DNA from: an uncultured Bacillota bacterium
GTDB taxonomy: Bacteria > Sysuimicrobiota > Sysuimicrobiia > Sysuimicrobiales > Segetimicrobiaceae
Direction of reading: 5' to 3'
Assembly (NCBI GenBank): GCA_963804645.1
Contig: CAWDRG010000005.1
Coordinates: 160,001 to 224,000 of the forward strand
Length of the DNA: 64,000 bases
The translations under genes and the position numbers were made by a program. Below, in pieces: positions 39,579-49,686 of the stretch. Under the pieces are notes generated by a model. The model did not search any database and was not told where the DNA came from. It saw only the letters and a list, made by a program, of their open reading frames with translations. Position 1 is the stretch's first letter. Every line of letters starts with the position of its first letter.

Positions 39579-40325
39579 TCAGAGGCTCCCCGCCGCACCG
39601 CCGCCAGCCGTGGCAGGGCCTTTGCCGCCGCCAGAGCGGCGTCGGCGGCGCCGCCGCTTCCGACGGGCACCCGCCGCCCCGTCCGCGGCCGGCGTCTCGG
39701 GAGCGGCCGGGCTCGGCGGCGCCGGGCGGACCGGGGCACGCGCCGCGGCAGACGGTCGCGGGGCGCTCGGCGACCTGGGTGGTGCCGCCGGCCTGGAACG
39801 CGCCGGCGCCGCACCCGGCTCCCCCGGCGGCGTCCGCGGCTTCGCCGGCTTCGGGAGGGCTTCATCACCCTCATCCGAATCAGCGAACACCGGGAGCACC
39901 GTGCTCAAGACCTCATCGGCCTGCCGCACCGGGCGCCGGCTCGGCGTCTTCCGCTCCGACGCCAGTTTGACACGATCCAACATCCGCTCGAGGAACTGGA
40001 TCAGAAACTGACGGGCCGCGGCATCGGTGATCATCGGAATGCCCGGGTCCACGTCGAGCTGGTAGACCAGCTCGGTCCCATCCTCGGTGGTCGCGAGCGT
40101 GCAGCGGCCGGAGAACGCGCGGAGGGTGCCGCGGACCTGGGTGAACTCGAGCGACGTCGGCGGGCGCAGCAGCACGCGCTGGACGGACTCGCACGGCAGC
40201 CCCACGAAGTAGCCCTGCAGGGTCACGACGTACGCCGCGCCGCGCTTCTCCCCGACGTCCGCGATCATCCACAGAGGGGTGCCGTACCGGACGCGCTGAT
40301 CGGGCTGCGCCAGGTGCTCGAACAC
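39579..40325 (-). CDS. SRPBCC-family protein with Pro/Arg-rich tail (N-terminus probably extends upstream)
   Basis: F.QV.G.L..FSG.......DGT...Y.L pattern; low-complexity basic C-tail. Confidence 0.7.
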   Translation of the reverse strand: MFEHLAQPDQRVRYGTPLWMIADVGEKRGAAYVVTLQGYFVGLPCESVQRVLLRPPTSLEFTQVRGTLRAFSGRCTLATTEDGTELVYQLDVDPGIPMITDAAARQFLIQFLERMLDRVKLASERKTPSRRPVRQADEVLSTVLPVFADSDEGDEALPKPAKPRTPPGEPGAAPARSRPAAPPRSPSAPRPSAAARAPVRPAPPSPAAPETPAADGAAGARRKRRRRRRRSGGGKGPATAGGGAAGSL

Positions 40326-40390
40326 GTGCTCCGCCGACGCGCGGATCAGGCGCCGCGCCTGCAGGACGAGCGTGGGCGGCGAGAACGCGG

Positions 40391-41368
40391 CTACGAGGCG
40401 AGCTCCTTCCGCACGATCCGCGTTCCCTCGACCATCGATTTGAGCTTCGCCATGGTTTCCTCGGTCGTCCGCGTCTTCAGGCCGCAGTCCGGCGAGACGT
40501 AGATTTGTGGAAGCGGGATGACCTTGAGGGTCCGCCGGATCCCGTCGGCCACCTCCTCGGGTGACTCGGCGCGGTGGCTGTGCGCGTCAAGCACGCCGAG
40601 GCCGATGTCCTTGGTGAACGGGGGAGACTTGAACGTCTCGAGGAGCGCATAGTCGTCGTTTTTCAGCGCCAGGTCGATCTGGTTGACGGCGAGCCGCAGC
40701 ATCGCGGGATAGATGCGCGGGACCTCGCCGTAGCAGACGTGCGTCACCGTGTACGCCCGAAGGCCGCGCGTCACGATTTCCATGGCCTCCACGGCCAGAT
40801 CGAAGTCCTCGTCCGGACGGGTGTGAATCGCCGGCTCGTCGATCTGAATGTACGTGGCCCCGGCCCGCTCCAGATCCACCGCCTCGTCGTGAATGGCGCG
40901 GGCGAGCTCCAACACCAGCTCGCGCCGCGTCGGGTAGTACTCGTTGAACGACCACTCGGCGATCGTGTACGGCCCGGTGAGCATGCCCTTGACCGGCCGG
41001 GAGGTCAGCCCCTGCGCGAACTTGTACCAATCGACGGTCAGGGGCGCGCGCCGGCCGACGGGCGCGACGACCGCCGGCTTCGGATAATAGCGGTTGCCGT
41101 AGGAGCGGACCATCCCCGCGATCTGAAACCCGTCCATCTGATCGGCGAAGAACGCTACCATGTCGCCGCGGTACATCTCCCCGTCGACCAGGATGTCGAG
41201 GTCGAGTTCCTCCTGCTTCCGGATCCAGTCCTCGGTCGCCGCGCGCTCCAGCCGGTGCAGCTCGGCCGGATCCATCTGCTTGCGCGCCACCTTCCGGCGC
41301 GCGTCCAGCAGATGCGGCGGCTTCGGAAAGCTCCCCACGGTGGTCGTGGCCAGGATCGGCGAAGTCAT
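40391..41368 (-). CDS. metE: Cobalamin-independent methionine synthase, catalytic (C-terminal-type) subunit
   Basis: TTVGSFPKP, DGE..R.DMV.FF, VKGMLTGPYT, QIDEPA, THVCYG, SPDCGLKTR. Confidence 0.9.
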   Translation of the reverse strand: MTSPILATTTVGSFPKPPHLLDARRKVARKQMDPAELHRLERAATEDWIRKQEELDLDILVDGEMYRGDMVAFFADQMDGFQIAGMVRSYGNRYYPKPAVVAPVGRRAPLTVDWYKFAQGLTSRPVKGMLTGPYTIAEWSFNEYYPTRRELVLELARAIHDEAVDLERAGATYIQIDEPAIHTRPDEDFDLAVEAMEIVTRGLRAYTVTHVCYGEVPRIYPAMLRLAVNQIDLALKNDDYALLETFKSPPFTKDIGLGVLDAHSHRAESPEEVADGIRRTLKVIPLPQIYVSPDCGLKTRTTEETMAKLKSMVEGTRIVRKELAS

Positions 41369-42342
41369 GCTGCGCCCTCCTTCGCCCGGCGGACTCCGGC
41401 CGCGAGCGTCTCAAGTTTCTTGCGCGCCACGCGGCGGGGCAGAAACTCCAGCCCCGCGCTCGGGCTGACGTGCAGCTTGGACGGGGTCACGAAGTCGGCC
41501 GCGCGGCGGCACGCCGCCGCGACCTCCTCGGGCGTCTCCATGCGCGTGTTGCGCGCATCAAGCACCCCGAGCCCCAACTCTTTCGTGAACGGCGCCCGGC
41601 GGAGAATCTCCCAGTTCCGCTGCTGCCCCGCGACGAAATCCAGCCCGAGCACGTCCACGGGCAGGTCGAGGACCGCCGGATACAGACCGTCGATGTGTCC
41701 GAAGTAGAGGTACAGCGCCCGGCGGGCCCGCACGCCGTCCCACAGCGCTTCGGTCGCCCGCTGAAACAGCGGCCACTGGTCGCGCCGCACCAGCAGCCCC
41801 GGCTCGTCGACCTGAATGATCGACGCGCCCGCCTCCGCGAGCGCCCGCAGTTCCTGATTGAGGGCGCGGGCGAGCGCCATGACGAACCGGTCCAGGTTCC
41901 GATAGTGGTCGTCGCGGCTCATCACCGCGAGCGTGAAGGGACCGGTCACCACCGGCTTCACCGGGCGCGCGCTGTGCGCGGCGGCAAACGCGTAGTCCTG
42001 GACCGAGATCGGCGCCTGCCACGTCACCTCGCCGGTCGCGACGGGCTGGCGGTAGTAGACGTTGGTATCGAAGTAGCGCTGCAGGCCGTTGATGGTAAAC
42101 CCCGTGAGGCCGCGCGCGAAGTAGGTGAATCCATCCTCCCAGCGGATCTGCCCGTCCGTGACGACCTCGATGCCGAGTTCGGCCTGCTCGCGCAGGACCT
42201 CGTCGGTCACCTCTTCCTCGACCCGTCGAAGGTCCGCCGCGGAGATCTCTCCGCGCTGCAGCTTCTCGACGCTCGACCGCCAGCGGCCTGGCGCCGGCGG
42301 ATCCGGGATCTTCGGGTAACTGCCAACCACCGTCGTCTGCAC
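41365..42342 (-). CDS. MetE N-terminal-type (non-catalytic, folate-binding) subunit
   Basis: GSYPKI, TDGQIRW.D, RYFDTNVYYRQP, GVLDARNT, PSAGLEFLP; no Zn ligands. Confidence 0.85.
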   Translation of the reverse strand: MQTTVVGSYPKIPDPPAPGRWRSSVEKLQRGEISAADLRRVEEEVTDEVLREQAELGIEVVTDGQIRWEDGFTYFARGLTGFTINGLQRYFDTNVYYRQPVATGEVTWQAPISVQDYAFAAAHSARPVKPVVTGPFTLAVMSRDDHYRNLDRFVMALARALNQELRALAEAGASIIQVDEPGLLVRRDQWPLFQRATEALWDGVRARRALYLYFGHIDGLYPAVLDLPVDVLGLDFVAGQQRNWEILRRAPFTKELGLGVLDARNTRMETPEEVAAACRRAADFVTPSKLHVSPSAGLEFLPRRVARKKLETLAAGVRRAKEGAA

Positions 42343-42361
42343 GTCCTACACCTCCGCGATC

Positions 42362-43501
42362 TTATCCTAGCAGTTCGCGCGCGAGAATCAGGCGCTGGAT
42401 CTCGGACGTCCCCTCGCCGATCTCGCACAACTTCACGTCCCGGTAGATGCGCTCCACCGGGTAGTCCTTAATGAACCCGTAGCCCCCGTGAATCTGCACG
42501 GCGTGCGACGCGGCGCGCGACGCCGCCTCGGACGCGTACAGCTTGGCCATCGACGCTTCCCGGCGGTAGGGCAGCCCGCGCGAGGCGAGCGACGCCGCCT
42601 CCATGACCAGCAGCTCCGAGGCGTCCAGCTCGACGGCCATGTCGGCGAGCTTCCATTGGGTCGCCTGAAACTCCGCGATCGGCCGGCCGAACGCGCGCCG
42701 CTCGCGCGCGTACGCCACCGAGGCGTCGAGCGCCGCCCTGCCGAGGCCGAGGGCGAGGGCGCCGATCCCGATCCGGCCGCCCTCGAGCACGCGCATCGCG
42801 TCCCGGAACCCATCGCCCGGCGCGCCGAGCATCTGGGCGTCGTCGACCGCGCAGTCTTCGAACACCACCTCCGCCGTGTCGCTCGAGCGCATGCCGAGCT
42901 TGTCCTCGTGCTTGCCGACCCGGAGCCCCGGCGTCCCCGCGTCGACCGCGAACGCCGAGATGCCGCGGTGGCCGGCGGCCGGGTCGGTCCGTGCCATGAC
43001 CACGTACACGCCGGCGATGCTGCCCTGCGTCACGAACACCTTCGTCCCCGAGAGCACCCAGCCGCCGCCCCGGCGCTCCGCCCGGGTCGCGAGCGCTCCG
43101 GCATCGCTGCCCGAGGCCGGCTCGGTGAGGCACCACGCGCCGAGCATCTCCCCGGACGCCAGGCGGGGCAGGTACCTGCGCTTCTGGGCGTCGTTGCCCG
43201 CCCGCGCGATGTGCCCGGTACCCAGCGAGTTGTGCGCCGCCACGCTGAGCGCGATGCCCCCGTCACCCCACGCCAGCGCCTCGACCGCCAGGGCCGCGCT
43301 GACCGCGTCCACGCCGGCCCCGCCGTATTCGGAGGGCACCGTCATCCCCCACAAGCCCAGCGCCGCGATCTTCGGCACGAGGTCTCGGGGAAACACCCCG
43401 TCCGCGTCCCATCGACGGGCGTGCGGGCGAAGCTCGCTCGCCGCGAACTCCCGGACCGTCTGATGGATCAGACGCTGATCGTCAGTGTACTCGAATCGCA
43501 C
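42362..43501 (-). CDS. Acyl-CoA dehydrogenase
   Basis: [41 protein letters not shown]. Confidence 0.95.
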   Translation of the reverse strand: MRFEYTDDQRLIHQTVREFAASELRPHARRWDADGVFPRDLVPKIAALGLWGMTVPSEYGGAGVDAVSAALAVEALAWGDGGIALSVAAHNSLGTGHIARAGNDAQKRRYLPRLASGEMLGAWCLTEPASGSDAGALATRAERRGGGWVLSGTKVFVTQGSIAGVYVVMARTDPAAGHRGISAFAVDAGTPGLRVGKHEDKLGMRSSDTAEVVFEDCAVDDAQMLGAPGDGFRDAMRVLEGGRIGIGALALGLGRAALDASVAYARERRAFGRPIAEFQATQWKLADMAVELDASELLVMEAASLASRGLPYRREASMAKLYASEAASRAASHAVQIHGGYGFIKDYPVERIYRDVKLCEIGEGTSEIQRLILARELLG

Positions 43502-43552
43502 GGCTGGCTCCAGATCGAGATGACGCCGACGCGCCGCCTTCTGAGCGCAAGG

Positions 43553-43593
43553 AAAGAACCCCTCATGCGCTTCTCATGAGAGGCTCAGGGTTC
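43553..43593 (-). terminator. Probable intrinsic terminator after iscA-nfu
   Basis: CCTCTCATG-7 nt-CATGAGGGG stem followed by TTCTTT on minus strand. Confidence 0.55.
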
Positions 43594-43617
43594 CTCTCGA
43601 ACCGGTGACCGGATCGG

Positions 43618-43884
43618 TTAGAACGGGACCGCTTCGACTGCCTTCACCTCAGGGACCTGCTCCTTCAGCATGCGCTCCACGCCCGACTGCAGCGTCATCA
43701 TCGAGTACATGCATCCGACGCAGGACCCGGCGAGGCGGATCTGCACCACGCCGTCCACGATCCCGACGAGCTCAATGTCGCCGCCGTCGGCCTGCACGTG
43801 CGGGCGGATCGTATCGAGCACTCCCTGGACCCGGTCGTGCAAGTCGGCCGTGTCCGGCACCGCCTGTCCCACCATCTGCTCCAT
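43618..43884 (-). CDS. NifU/Nfu-domain Fe-S carrier
   Basis: [24 protein letters not shown]. Confidence 0.92.
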   Translation of the reverse strand: MEQMVGQAVPDTADLHDRVQGVLDTIRPHVQADGGDIELVGIVDGVVQIRLAGSCVGCMYSMMTLQSGVERMLKEQVPEVKAVEAVPF

Positions 43885-43899
43885 CGGGGTTCCTCCCGC

Positions 43900-44277
43900 C
43901 TAGGCGTGCGCCTCGGCTTCCTCTCCGCACGCCTGCGCTTCGCCGGCGTCATCCGCCGTCTTGAACGAGTGTCCGCAGCCGCACGTCGCCACCGCGTTGG
44001 GGTTCCGAATCGCGAATCCGCTCGCGGTCACCGACGACACGTAGTCGATCTCGGCGCCGTCGAGCAGGCGCGAGCTCATCTTATCCACGAGCACGCGGAC
44101 GCCGCCCCGCTCGATCACCTGGTCGTCGGCCTCGGGCCCCGCGTCGAACGTCATGCCGTAGGAGAATCCGTCGCAGCCGCCCTTGGTGATGAACACGCGC
44201 AGGCACTGATTCGGCTCGTCCTGTTCGGAGAGAAGCTCCTTCAACTTGGTGACAGCCTGGTCGGTAACGGTGAGCAT
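43900..44277 (-). CDS. iscA: A-type Fe-S carrier (IscA/HesB/ErpA family)
   Basis: GGC.GFSY, NPNA..TCGCG.SF. Confidence 0.93.
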   Translation of the reverse strand: MLTVTDQAVTKLKELLSEQDEPNQCLRVFITKGGCDGFSYGMTFDAGPEADDQVIERGGVRVLVDKMSSRLLDGAEIDYVSSVTASGFAIRNPNAVATCGCGHSFKTADDAGEAQACGEEAEAHA

Positions 44278-44332
44278 CCCGTGCCTACCTCCCTTGCGCT
44301 GACGCAGCGGCCGCTGAGCGCCCCGCGAAGCG

Positions 44333-44380
44333 ATAGTAACTAATTAACTAAATATTACGCGGCGCCCGTGGGTTTGTCAA
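44333..44380 (-). promoter_or_regulatory. Sigma70 promoter of iscA-nfu with AT-rich candidate operator
   Basis: TTGACA-17 nt-TAATAT followed by TTAGTTAATTAGTTACTAT in a GC-rich background. Confidence 0.7.
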
Positions 44381-44602
44381 ACGCGGGCCGGGTGGGAAAT
44401 ACCATCGCGGCCGCCATCGTCCCACCAAGCACGGGAGCGTGTCTTGGGGGGCCGGACCGCCGCCGGGGGGGCCGGTGCGATGGAAACTCACGGCGCGCCG
44501 GGATCGAAGGAAGAGATGTAAGGCAGTCGACGGCGCACGTCGCTGCGCGACGCTCGACGCAGCAGACCGCGGGCCGCACAAGCACGATGGGAGGCCGGTC
44601 AC

Positions 44603-45049
44603 ATGCGTACGCTCGCACCGGTGAAGGTCATCACCACGACGTTGACCGTCGCCACGAACGCGCGGACGGAGATCCGTGATCTCACCGACGCGGTCGCCGC
44701 ACTTCCCGGCGTCGACGAGATCGCGTGCGGGTCGGTCCTGCTCCAGAGCCTGCACACGACCACCGCCCTGATCATCAACGAGCACCAGGACGCGCTCCTC
44801 CACGACATCGCGGCGCTGCTGCGCACGCTCGTGCCCGAAGGCGGGACGTACCGGCACAACGACCCGGCCTACTCCGACTGCAACCGCGCGAACGCGACGA
44901 GCCATCTTGGGGCGGTCCTCCTCGGGCAGACGCTGCAGGTCCCGATCGAGCAGGGGCGCCTCGTCTTGGGGACGTGGCAGCGCCTGCTGCTTTGTGAACT
45001 CGACGGGCCGCAGACCCGCCGCGTCTACGCACAGGTCATGGGGGTCTAG
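44603..45049 (+). CDS. yjbQ: YjbQ/UPF0047 family protein
   Basis: HTT....INE, YRHN, NA.SHL, LGTWQ....ELDGP..R. Confidence 0.9.
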   Translation: MRTLAPVKVITTTLTVATNARTEIRDLTDAVAALPGVDEIACGSVLLQSLHTTTALIINEHQDALLHDIAALLRTLVPEGGTYRHNDPAYSDCNRANATSHLGAVLLGQTLQVPIEQGRLVLGTWQRLLLCELDGPQTRRVYAQVMGV

Positions 45050-45143
45050 GCGGACGCAGCGCGCGCGGCGTGATGACCACGCCGCGCACGTTCGTGCAGA
45101 CGATGGGACCCGCACCACCGCGCCGCCGGACGGCGCGGCGGCC

Positions 45144-46316
45144 TCATTCGGTCGGCAGCTGCGCGTTCGTCCAGGCGAGGATACCGCCCTTCAGGTTGAC
45201 CGCCTTCCCGTAGCCGGCGCTCCGGAGCAGCGCCACGATCTTGCCGCTCCGCCCGCCCGACCGGCAGTAGATGATGGCCGGGGTCTCGGAATCGATTTCA
45301 CGCAGGCGCGCGGGCACGTCGCCCACCGGGATCAGCAGGCAGCCCGGAATGTGCGCTTCCTCGTGCTCCCACGGCTCGCGCACATCGATGAGCTGGACGC
45401 CACCGCGCGCGAGCATGGCCTGGGCCTCAGCCGGGGACAGCTCGGGGATCGGTCCCGCCATCGCGGCCGTGCGGTCGTGTGCGGGCATCCCGCAGAACTG
45501 CTCGTAGTCGATCAGCGCGTGGATCGTCGGATGGTCACCGCAGATCGGGCACTCCGGGTTGCGGTTCCAGCGCACCACGCGCGTCTCGCCCTCGAGCGCG
45601 TCGAAGATCAGCAGCTTGTTGGCGAGGGTGTCCCCCACGCCGAGCAGGATCTTCAGCACGTCCAGCGCCTGCCGCGCCCCGGCGAATCCGCACAGCGCCC
45701 CGAGGATGCCCCCCTCCGCGCAGCTCGGCACGGCGCCCGGCGGCGGCGGCGTCGGGAACAGGCACCGGTAGCATCCGCGGCCCGGCAGGAACGTCGTGGC
45801 CTGCGCCTCCCACTTCAAGATGCTGGCGTCGACGAGCGGCTTTCCGAGCAGCACGCAGGCGTCGTTGATCAGGTACCGCGTCGGGAAGTTGTCGCTGCCG
45901 TTGACGACCACGTCATAGTCCCGCACGATCTCGAGCGCGTTCTCGCTCGTGAGCACGGTCTGGTACGGCACGACCGTGACCTCGGGGTTCACGCCGGCGA
46001 GCGTGCGCCGCGCGGACTCGGTCTTCGGCTGCCCGATCGCGTCGGTCGGGTGCAGGATCTGGCGGTGCAGGTTCGAGAGATCGACCCGATCGCCGTCGAC
46101 GATCCCAAGGGTGCCGACGCCGGCCGCGGCCAGGTACAGCGCCACAGGAGATCCGAGCCCGCCGGCGCCAATCGCCAGCACCTTCGAGCGCAGCAGCCGC
46201 GCCTGGCCCTCGATCCCGACCTCTTCGAGAATGACCTGGCGCGCGTACCGCTCCATCTGCGGCCCGCTCAGCACTTGGGGGGTGGTGCGCGTCTGTGGTG
46301 TCCCGGTGGTCGCCAT
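45144..46316 (-). CDS. moeB: Molybdopterin-synthase adenylyltransferase with rhodanese domain (MoeB/MoeZ)
   Basis: RYARQ, GAGGLGSP, SNLHRQ, DNFPTRY, CYRCLFP.PPP, rhodanese CRSGGRS. Confidence 0.93.
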   Translation of the reverse strand: MATTGTPQTRTTPQVLSGPQMERYARQVILEEVGIEGQARLLRSKVLAIGAGGLGSPVALYLAAAGVGTLGIVDGDRVDLSNLHRQILHPTDAIGQPKTESARRTLAGVNPEVTVVPYQTVLTSENALEIVRDYDVVVNGSDNFPTRYLINDACVLLGKPLVDASILKWEAQATTFLPGRGCYRCLFPTPPPPGAVPSCAEGGILGALCGFAGARQALDVLKILLGVGDTLANKLLIFDALEGETRVVRWNRNPECPICGDHPTIHALIDYEQFCGMPAHDRTAAMAGPIPELSPAEAQAMLARGGVQLIDVREPWEHEEAHIPGCLLIPVGDVPARLREIDSETPAIIYCRSGGRSGKIVALLRSAGYGKAVNLKGGILAWTNAQLPTE

Positions 46317-46518
46317 CGCTGTGCCTCCATCGTCGCGGCCGTGCGACCGCAGCATCACGTCCGTGCCACGCCGTGTCGTGGACCGTGTCAGGACAACCCC
46401 TACAATAAAACGTGCCGTCCATCCCGTCAAGAAATCCGGCACCATCTCGTGACAACGACGGCCCCCGGGCGTCGCTTCCCGGGCGCAGGGGCGCCGCGCT
46501 GGGTCCGGCGCCCGCCCC

Positions 46519-46567
46519 TTGACATAGCGTAACCATTCGGTTACGCTATTAGTAACCGTATGGTTAC
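46519..46567 (+). promoter_or_regulatory. Promoter with two palindromic ArsR-type operators
   Basis: TTGACA-17 nt-TACGCT overlapped by ATAGCGTAACC-N4-GGTTACGCTAT; second GTAACC-N4-GGTTAC covers the start codon. Confidence 0.85.
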
Positions 46568-46886
46568 ACAACGACCGCAGCAGAACGCCGTGTTCCGGGC
46601 GATCGCCGATCCGACGCGCCGGAAGATCCTCAGCCTGCTCCGAGGTCAGCGCCTCACCGTCGGTGAGATCGCGGGACACTTTCATACGAGCCGCCCGGCG
46701 ATTTCGAAACATCTGCGCATGCTGCGGACGGCCGGATTGGTCACCACGCGCCAGCGAGGGACGGCGCACCTCTGCGCACTGCGCGCCGCGCCGCTGCGCG
46801 GGATCGCCCAATGGCTTCATGACTATGAAACATTGTGGGACGAGAGCCTGCGTCGCCTCAAGACACACATCGAGGAGAACCCATGA
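46560..46886 (+). CDS. ArsR/SmtB-family regulator
   Basis: VFRAIADPTRRKIL, SRPAISKHL..L..AGLV. Confidence 0.93.
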   Translation: MVTQRPQQNAVFRAIADPTRRKILSLLRGQRLTVGEIAGHFHTSRPAISKHLRMLRTAGLVTTRQRGTAHLCALRAAPLRGIAQWLHDYETLWDESLRRLKTHIEENP

Positions 46887-47326
46887 ATCCGACCGGCGGA
46901 ACTGAAACGATCGTCAAGGAAATCACGATCAAGGCGCCTGCGGAGCGCATCTTTCAGGCGTTGGCCGATCCGGACCAGCGCCTGAAGTGGTGGGGGGGCG
47001 ACTACTTCAAGGGGACGCACATGGAGTCGGACCTGCGTCTCGGCGGCAAGTGGATGATGCGCGGCACCGCGACGGGTGACAAACCGTTCGCGGTCAGCGG
47101 CGAGTACCGGGTGATTGAACGCCCGAACGTGCTCGCCTTCACGTGGGTGGCGAGCTGGCCGCCCGGCGACGCGGAGACGCTGGTCCGCTTCGATCTGGAA
47201 GAGACTGCCGGCGTCACGCGGGTGCGCGTCACCCACTCGGGTCTCGCCGCCGAGGGCGCGCGCGCCCATCGCGGCTGGCCCGACATCCTGGCCTGGCTCC
47301 AGGCATACGTCGAGCGCGCGGCGTAG
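46883..47326 (+). CDS. SRPBCC/AHSA1-like domain protein
   Basis: I.AP.ERIF.AL.DP....WW, DLR.GG, L.FTW, GW...L; ATGA overlap. Confidence 0.9.
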   Translation: MNPTGGTETIVKEITIKAPAERIFQALADPDQRLKWWGGDYFKGTHMESDLRLGGKWMMRGTATGDKPFAVSGEYRVIERPNVLAFTWVASWPPGDAETLVRFDLEETAGVTRVRVTHSGLAAEGARAHRGWPDILAWLQAYVERAA

Positions 47327-47438
47327 GCGCCGCGCGGCCACACGGGTGCGCGGCCGGACACGGGACAGACTTCGGAGCGCGGCGAGGGTCACGGCGGGCG
47401 GGAGGGCCGCGCGTGGGCCCTCCCGCCCGCCGTCGCGA

Positions 47439-48305
47439 TTAGGTCGTGCCCGCGGCGACCGCCTGCTCGTCCGCATGATAGCTGCTGCGCACGAGCGGGC
47501 CCGACTCGACGTGGCGGAATCCCATCGCGAGCCCTTCGGCTTTCAGCGCCGCGAACTCGGACGGATGGTAGTAGCGGGCGATCGGCGCGTAGTCCTTCCC
47601 GGGGCTCAGGTACTGCCCGACCGTGAGAATGTCGCACGACACCTCGCGGAGATCGCGCATCGTCTGCAGCACCTCGTCCGGCGTCTCGCCCAGCCCGACC
47701 ATCATCCCGCTCTTGGTCAGGCCCCGCCGCGCCCACGCCTTGGCGCGCGCGAGCAGTTCGAGTGACCGGCGGTAGTTCCCGCCGCGCCGGACGTCCCGGA
47801 ACAGCCGCGGCACCGTCTCGATGTTGTGATTCATGATGTCCGGCTCCGCGTCCAGCACGGTCCGAAGCGCGTCGGGGTCGCCCTTGAAGTCGGGGGTCAG
47901 CACCTCGACCGAACACCGCGGACTGCGCTCCCGGATCAACCGGATCGTCTGCGCGAACATCCCGGCGCCGCCGTCGCGGAGGTCATCGCGGTCGACCGAG
48001 GTGACCACCACGTGCCTGAGCCCCATCTGCGCGACGACGTCCGCCACCCGCTCGGGCTCGCGCGTGTCCAGCTCCGTCGGGAGCCCGTGGGCGATCGCGC
48101 AGTAGGCGCAGTGCCGGGTGCACACGTTCCCGAGGATCAGAAACGTCGCGGTCTTCCGCTCCCAGCAGTCGCCGATGTTCGGGCAGCGTGCCTCCTCGCA
48201 GACCGTGTGCAGCGCCTGGCTCCGCATGACGCCGACCAACTCGCTGAAGTTGGGACCGTTCGGCAACTTGACCTTGAGCCACTCGGGCCGCCGTGCCACG
48301 CTCAT
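47439..48305 (-). CDS. lipA: Lipoyl synthase
   Basis: CEEARCPNIGDC, CTRHCAYC, RSSYHA. Confidence 0.96.
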   Translation of the reverse strand: MSVARRPEWLKVKLPNGPNFSELVGVMRSQALHTVCEEARCPNIGDCWERKTATFLILGNVCTRHCAYCAIAHGLPTELDTREPERVADVVAQMGLRHVVVTSVDRDDLRDGGAGMFAQTIRLIRERSPRCSVEVLTPDFKGDPDALRTVLDAEPDIMNHNIETVPRLFRDVRRGGNYRRSLELLARAKAWARRGLTKSGMMVGLGETPDEVLQTMRDLREVSCDILTVGQYLSPGKDYAPIARYYHPSEFAALKAEGLAMGFRHVESGPLVRSSYHADEQAVAAGTT

Positions 48306-48375
48306 TGTGCACCGCCTTCGGAATTCCGGAGATCGATCGAACCGCGCGGGCCCGGTCCCGCAGCGCGGCTGCGCG

Positions 48376-49659
48376 TTAGAACTCGGGCGAGTCTCCGGCC
48401 GGCTTGAACTCTTCGAGCTGGCGCCGAATCAGCCCGAGAAACTCGAGCGCCAGCGCGCCGTCGAAGACCCGATGATCAAAACTCAACCCGATGTGCATCA
48501 CGTCGCGGATCGCGATTCCCTCCCCCACGACGACCGGCCGGCGCACGACCGCGTCCGTGGAGAGAATCGCCGCCTGCGGATAGTTGATGAGGGGAATCGA
48601 CGTGATCGAGCCGTACACCCCGGCGTTGGTCAGCGTAAACGTACCGCCGGCGATGTCGTCCGGCGCAAGCTTGCCCTGGCGCGCGCGCGAGGCCAGCGCG
48701 TCGATCTCGCGCGCGATCCCGACCACACTCCGCCGATCCGCGTCTTTAATCACCGGCACGATCAGCCCGTCGGGCACGGCGACGCCTACGCCGATGTGGA
48801 TCGCGTGCTTAATCAAGATTCCCTCCGGGGTAAACGTCGAGTTCACGAGCGGGTGCGCCCGCAGCGCCCGTGTCGCCGCCCGCACCACGAACGCCGTGAG
48901 CGTCACGTTCACGCCGTCGCGCGCCCGCCACGCGCTCTTGTGCGCCTCCCGGTGGCGCACGAGCGCGGTCATGTCGACTTCGACGGCGCCGTAGGCGTGG
49001 GGAATCTCGCGCGCGCTTCGGGCCATGCGGTCCGCGATCGCGCGCCGGAGCACCGACAGCGGCAGCACCCGATCGGCTCCCTCGGGGGCCGCGGGACGCG
49101 CCTCCGGCGTCGCGAACGGTCCCCCGGCCAGCCCGGGCTCGCCCGGCGCGGCCGCGGTCCCGCGCGACGCGCGCGCGTCGAGGTACCGAAGCACGTCATC
49201 CTTCGTGACGCGCCCTCCGGTGCCGGTCCCCTCGATCGTCTCCAACTCCTCGGCCCGCAGATGATGCTCCTCCGCCAGCCGGCGGACCAACGGCGAGAGA
49301 CGCCCCCCGGCACGGCGCCCGCCCTCGTCGGCCGGTGCGCCGCGCCCGTTGCCGGGCGCCATGGCCGGTGCACCGGGGCCGGACGCGGCCCGCGCCGGCG
49401 CGGCGGCACTCGCGGCGGCGCCGGCTTCCTCGATGAGCGCGATCGGGGTCCCCGCCGCCACCGTCTTGCCCTCGCCGACCAAGATCGCGCCGAGGGTGCC
49501 GGCGTACGGCGACGGCATCTCCACGTTGACCTTGTCGGTGATGACCTCGACGAGCGCCTCGTACTTGTCGACCCGCTCGCCCGGCTGCTTGAGCCACTTG
49601 CCGATCGTCCCCTCGTGCACGCTTTCGCCGAGCTGGGGCATCTTGATCTCGGTGGGCAT
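48376..49659 (-). CDS. 2-oxoacid dehydrogenase E2 (dihydrolipoamide acyltransferase)
   Basis: Lipoyl TDKV, E3-binding GTG.GGRVTK.D, DHRVFDG. Confidence 0.95.
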   Translation of the reverse strand: MPTEIKMPQLGESVHEGTIGKWLKQPGERVDKYEALVEVITDKVNVEMPSPYAGTLGAILVGEGKTVAAGTPIALIEEAGAAASAAAPARAASGPGAPAMAPGNGRGAPADEGGRRAGGRLSPLVRRLAEEHHLRAEELETIEGTGTGGRVTKDDVLRYLDARASRGTAAAPGEPGLAGGPFATPEARPAAPEGADRVLPLSVLRRAIADRMARSAREIPHAYGAVEVDMTALVRHREAHKSAWRARDGVNVTLTAFVVRAATRALRAHPLVNSTFTPEGILIKHAIHIGVGVAVPDGLIVPVIKDADRRSVVGIAREIDALASRARQGKLAPDDIAGGTFTLTNAGVYGSITSIPLINYPQAAILSTDAVVRRPVVVGEGIAIRDVMHIGLSFDHRVFDGALALEFLGLIRRQLEEFKPAGDSPEF

Positions 49660-49686
49660 TCGAGATTCCTCCGGACGCGGCGGCGG

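Noticed and set aside
43520..43610. SAM or cobalamin riboswitch upstream of the acyl-CoA dehydrogenase and metE genes
   Set aside because: No aptamer core motifs and too short; a simple terminator hairpin fits
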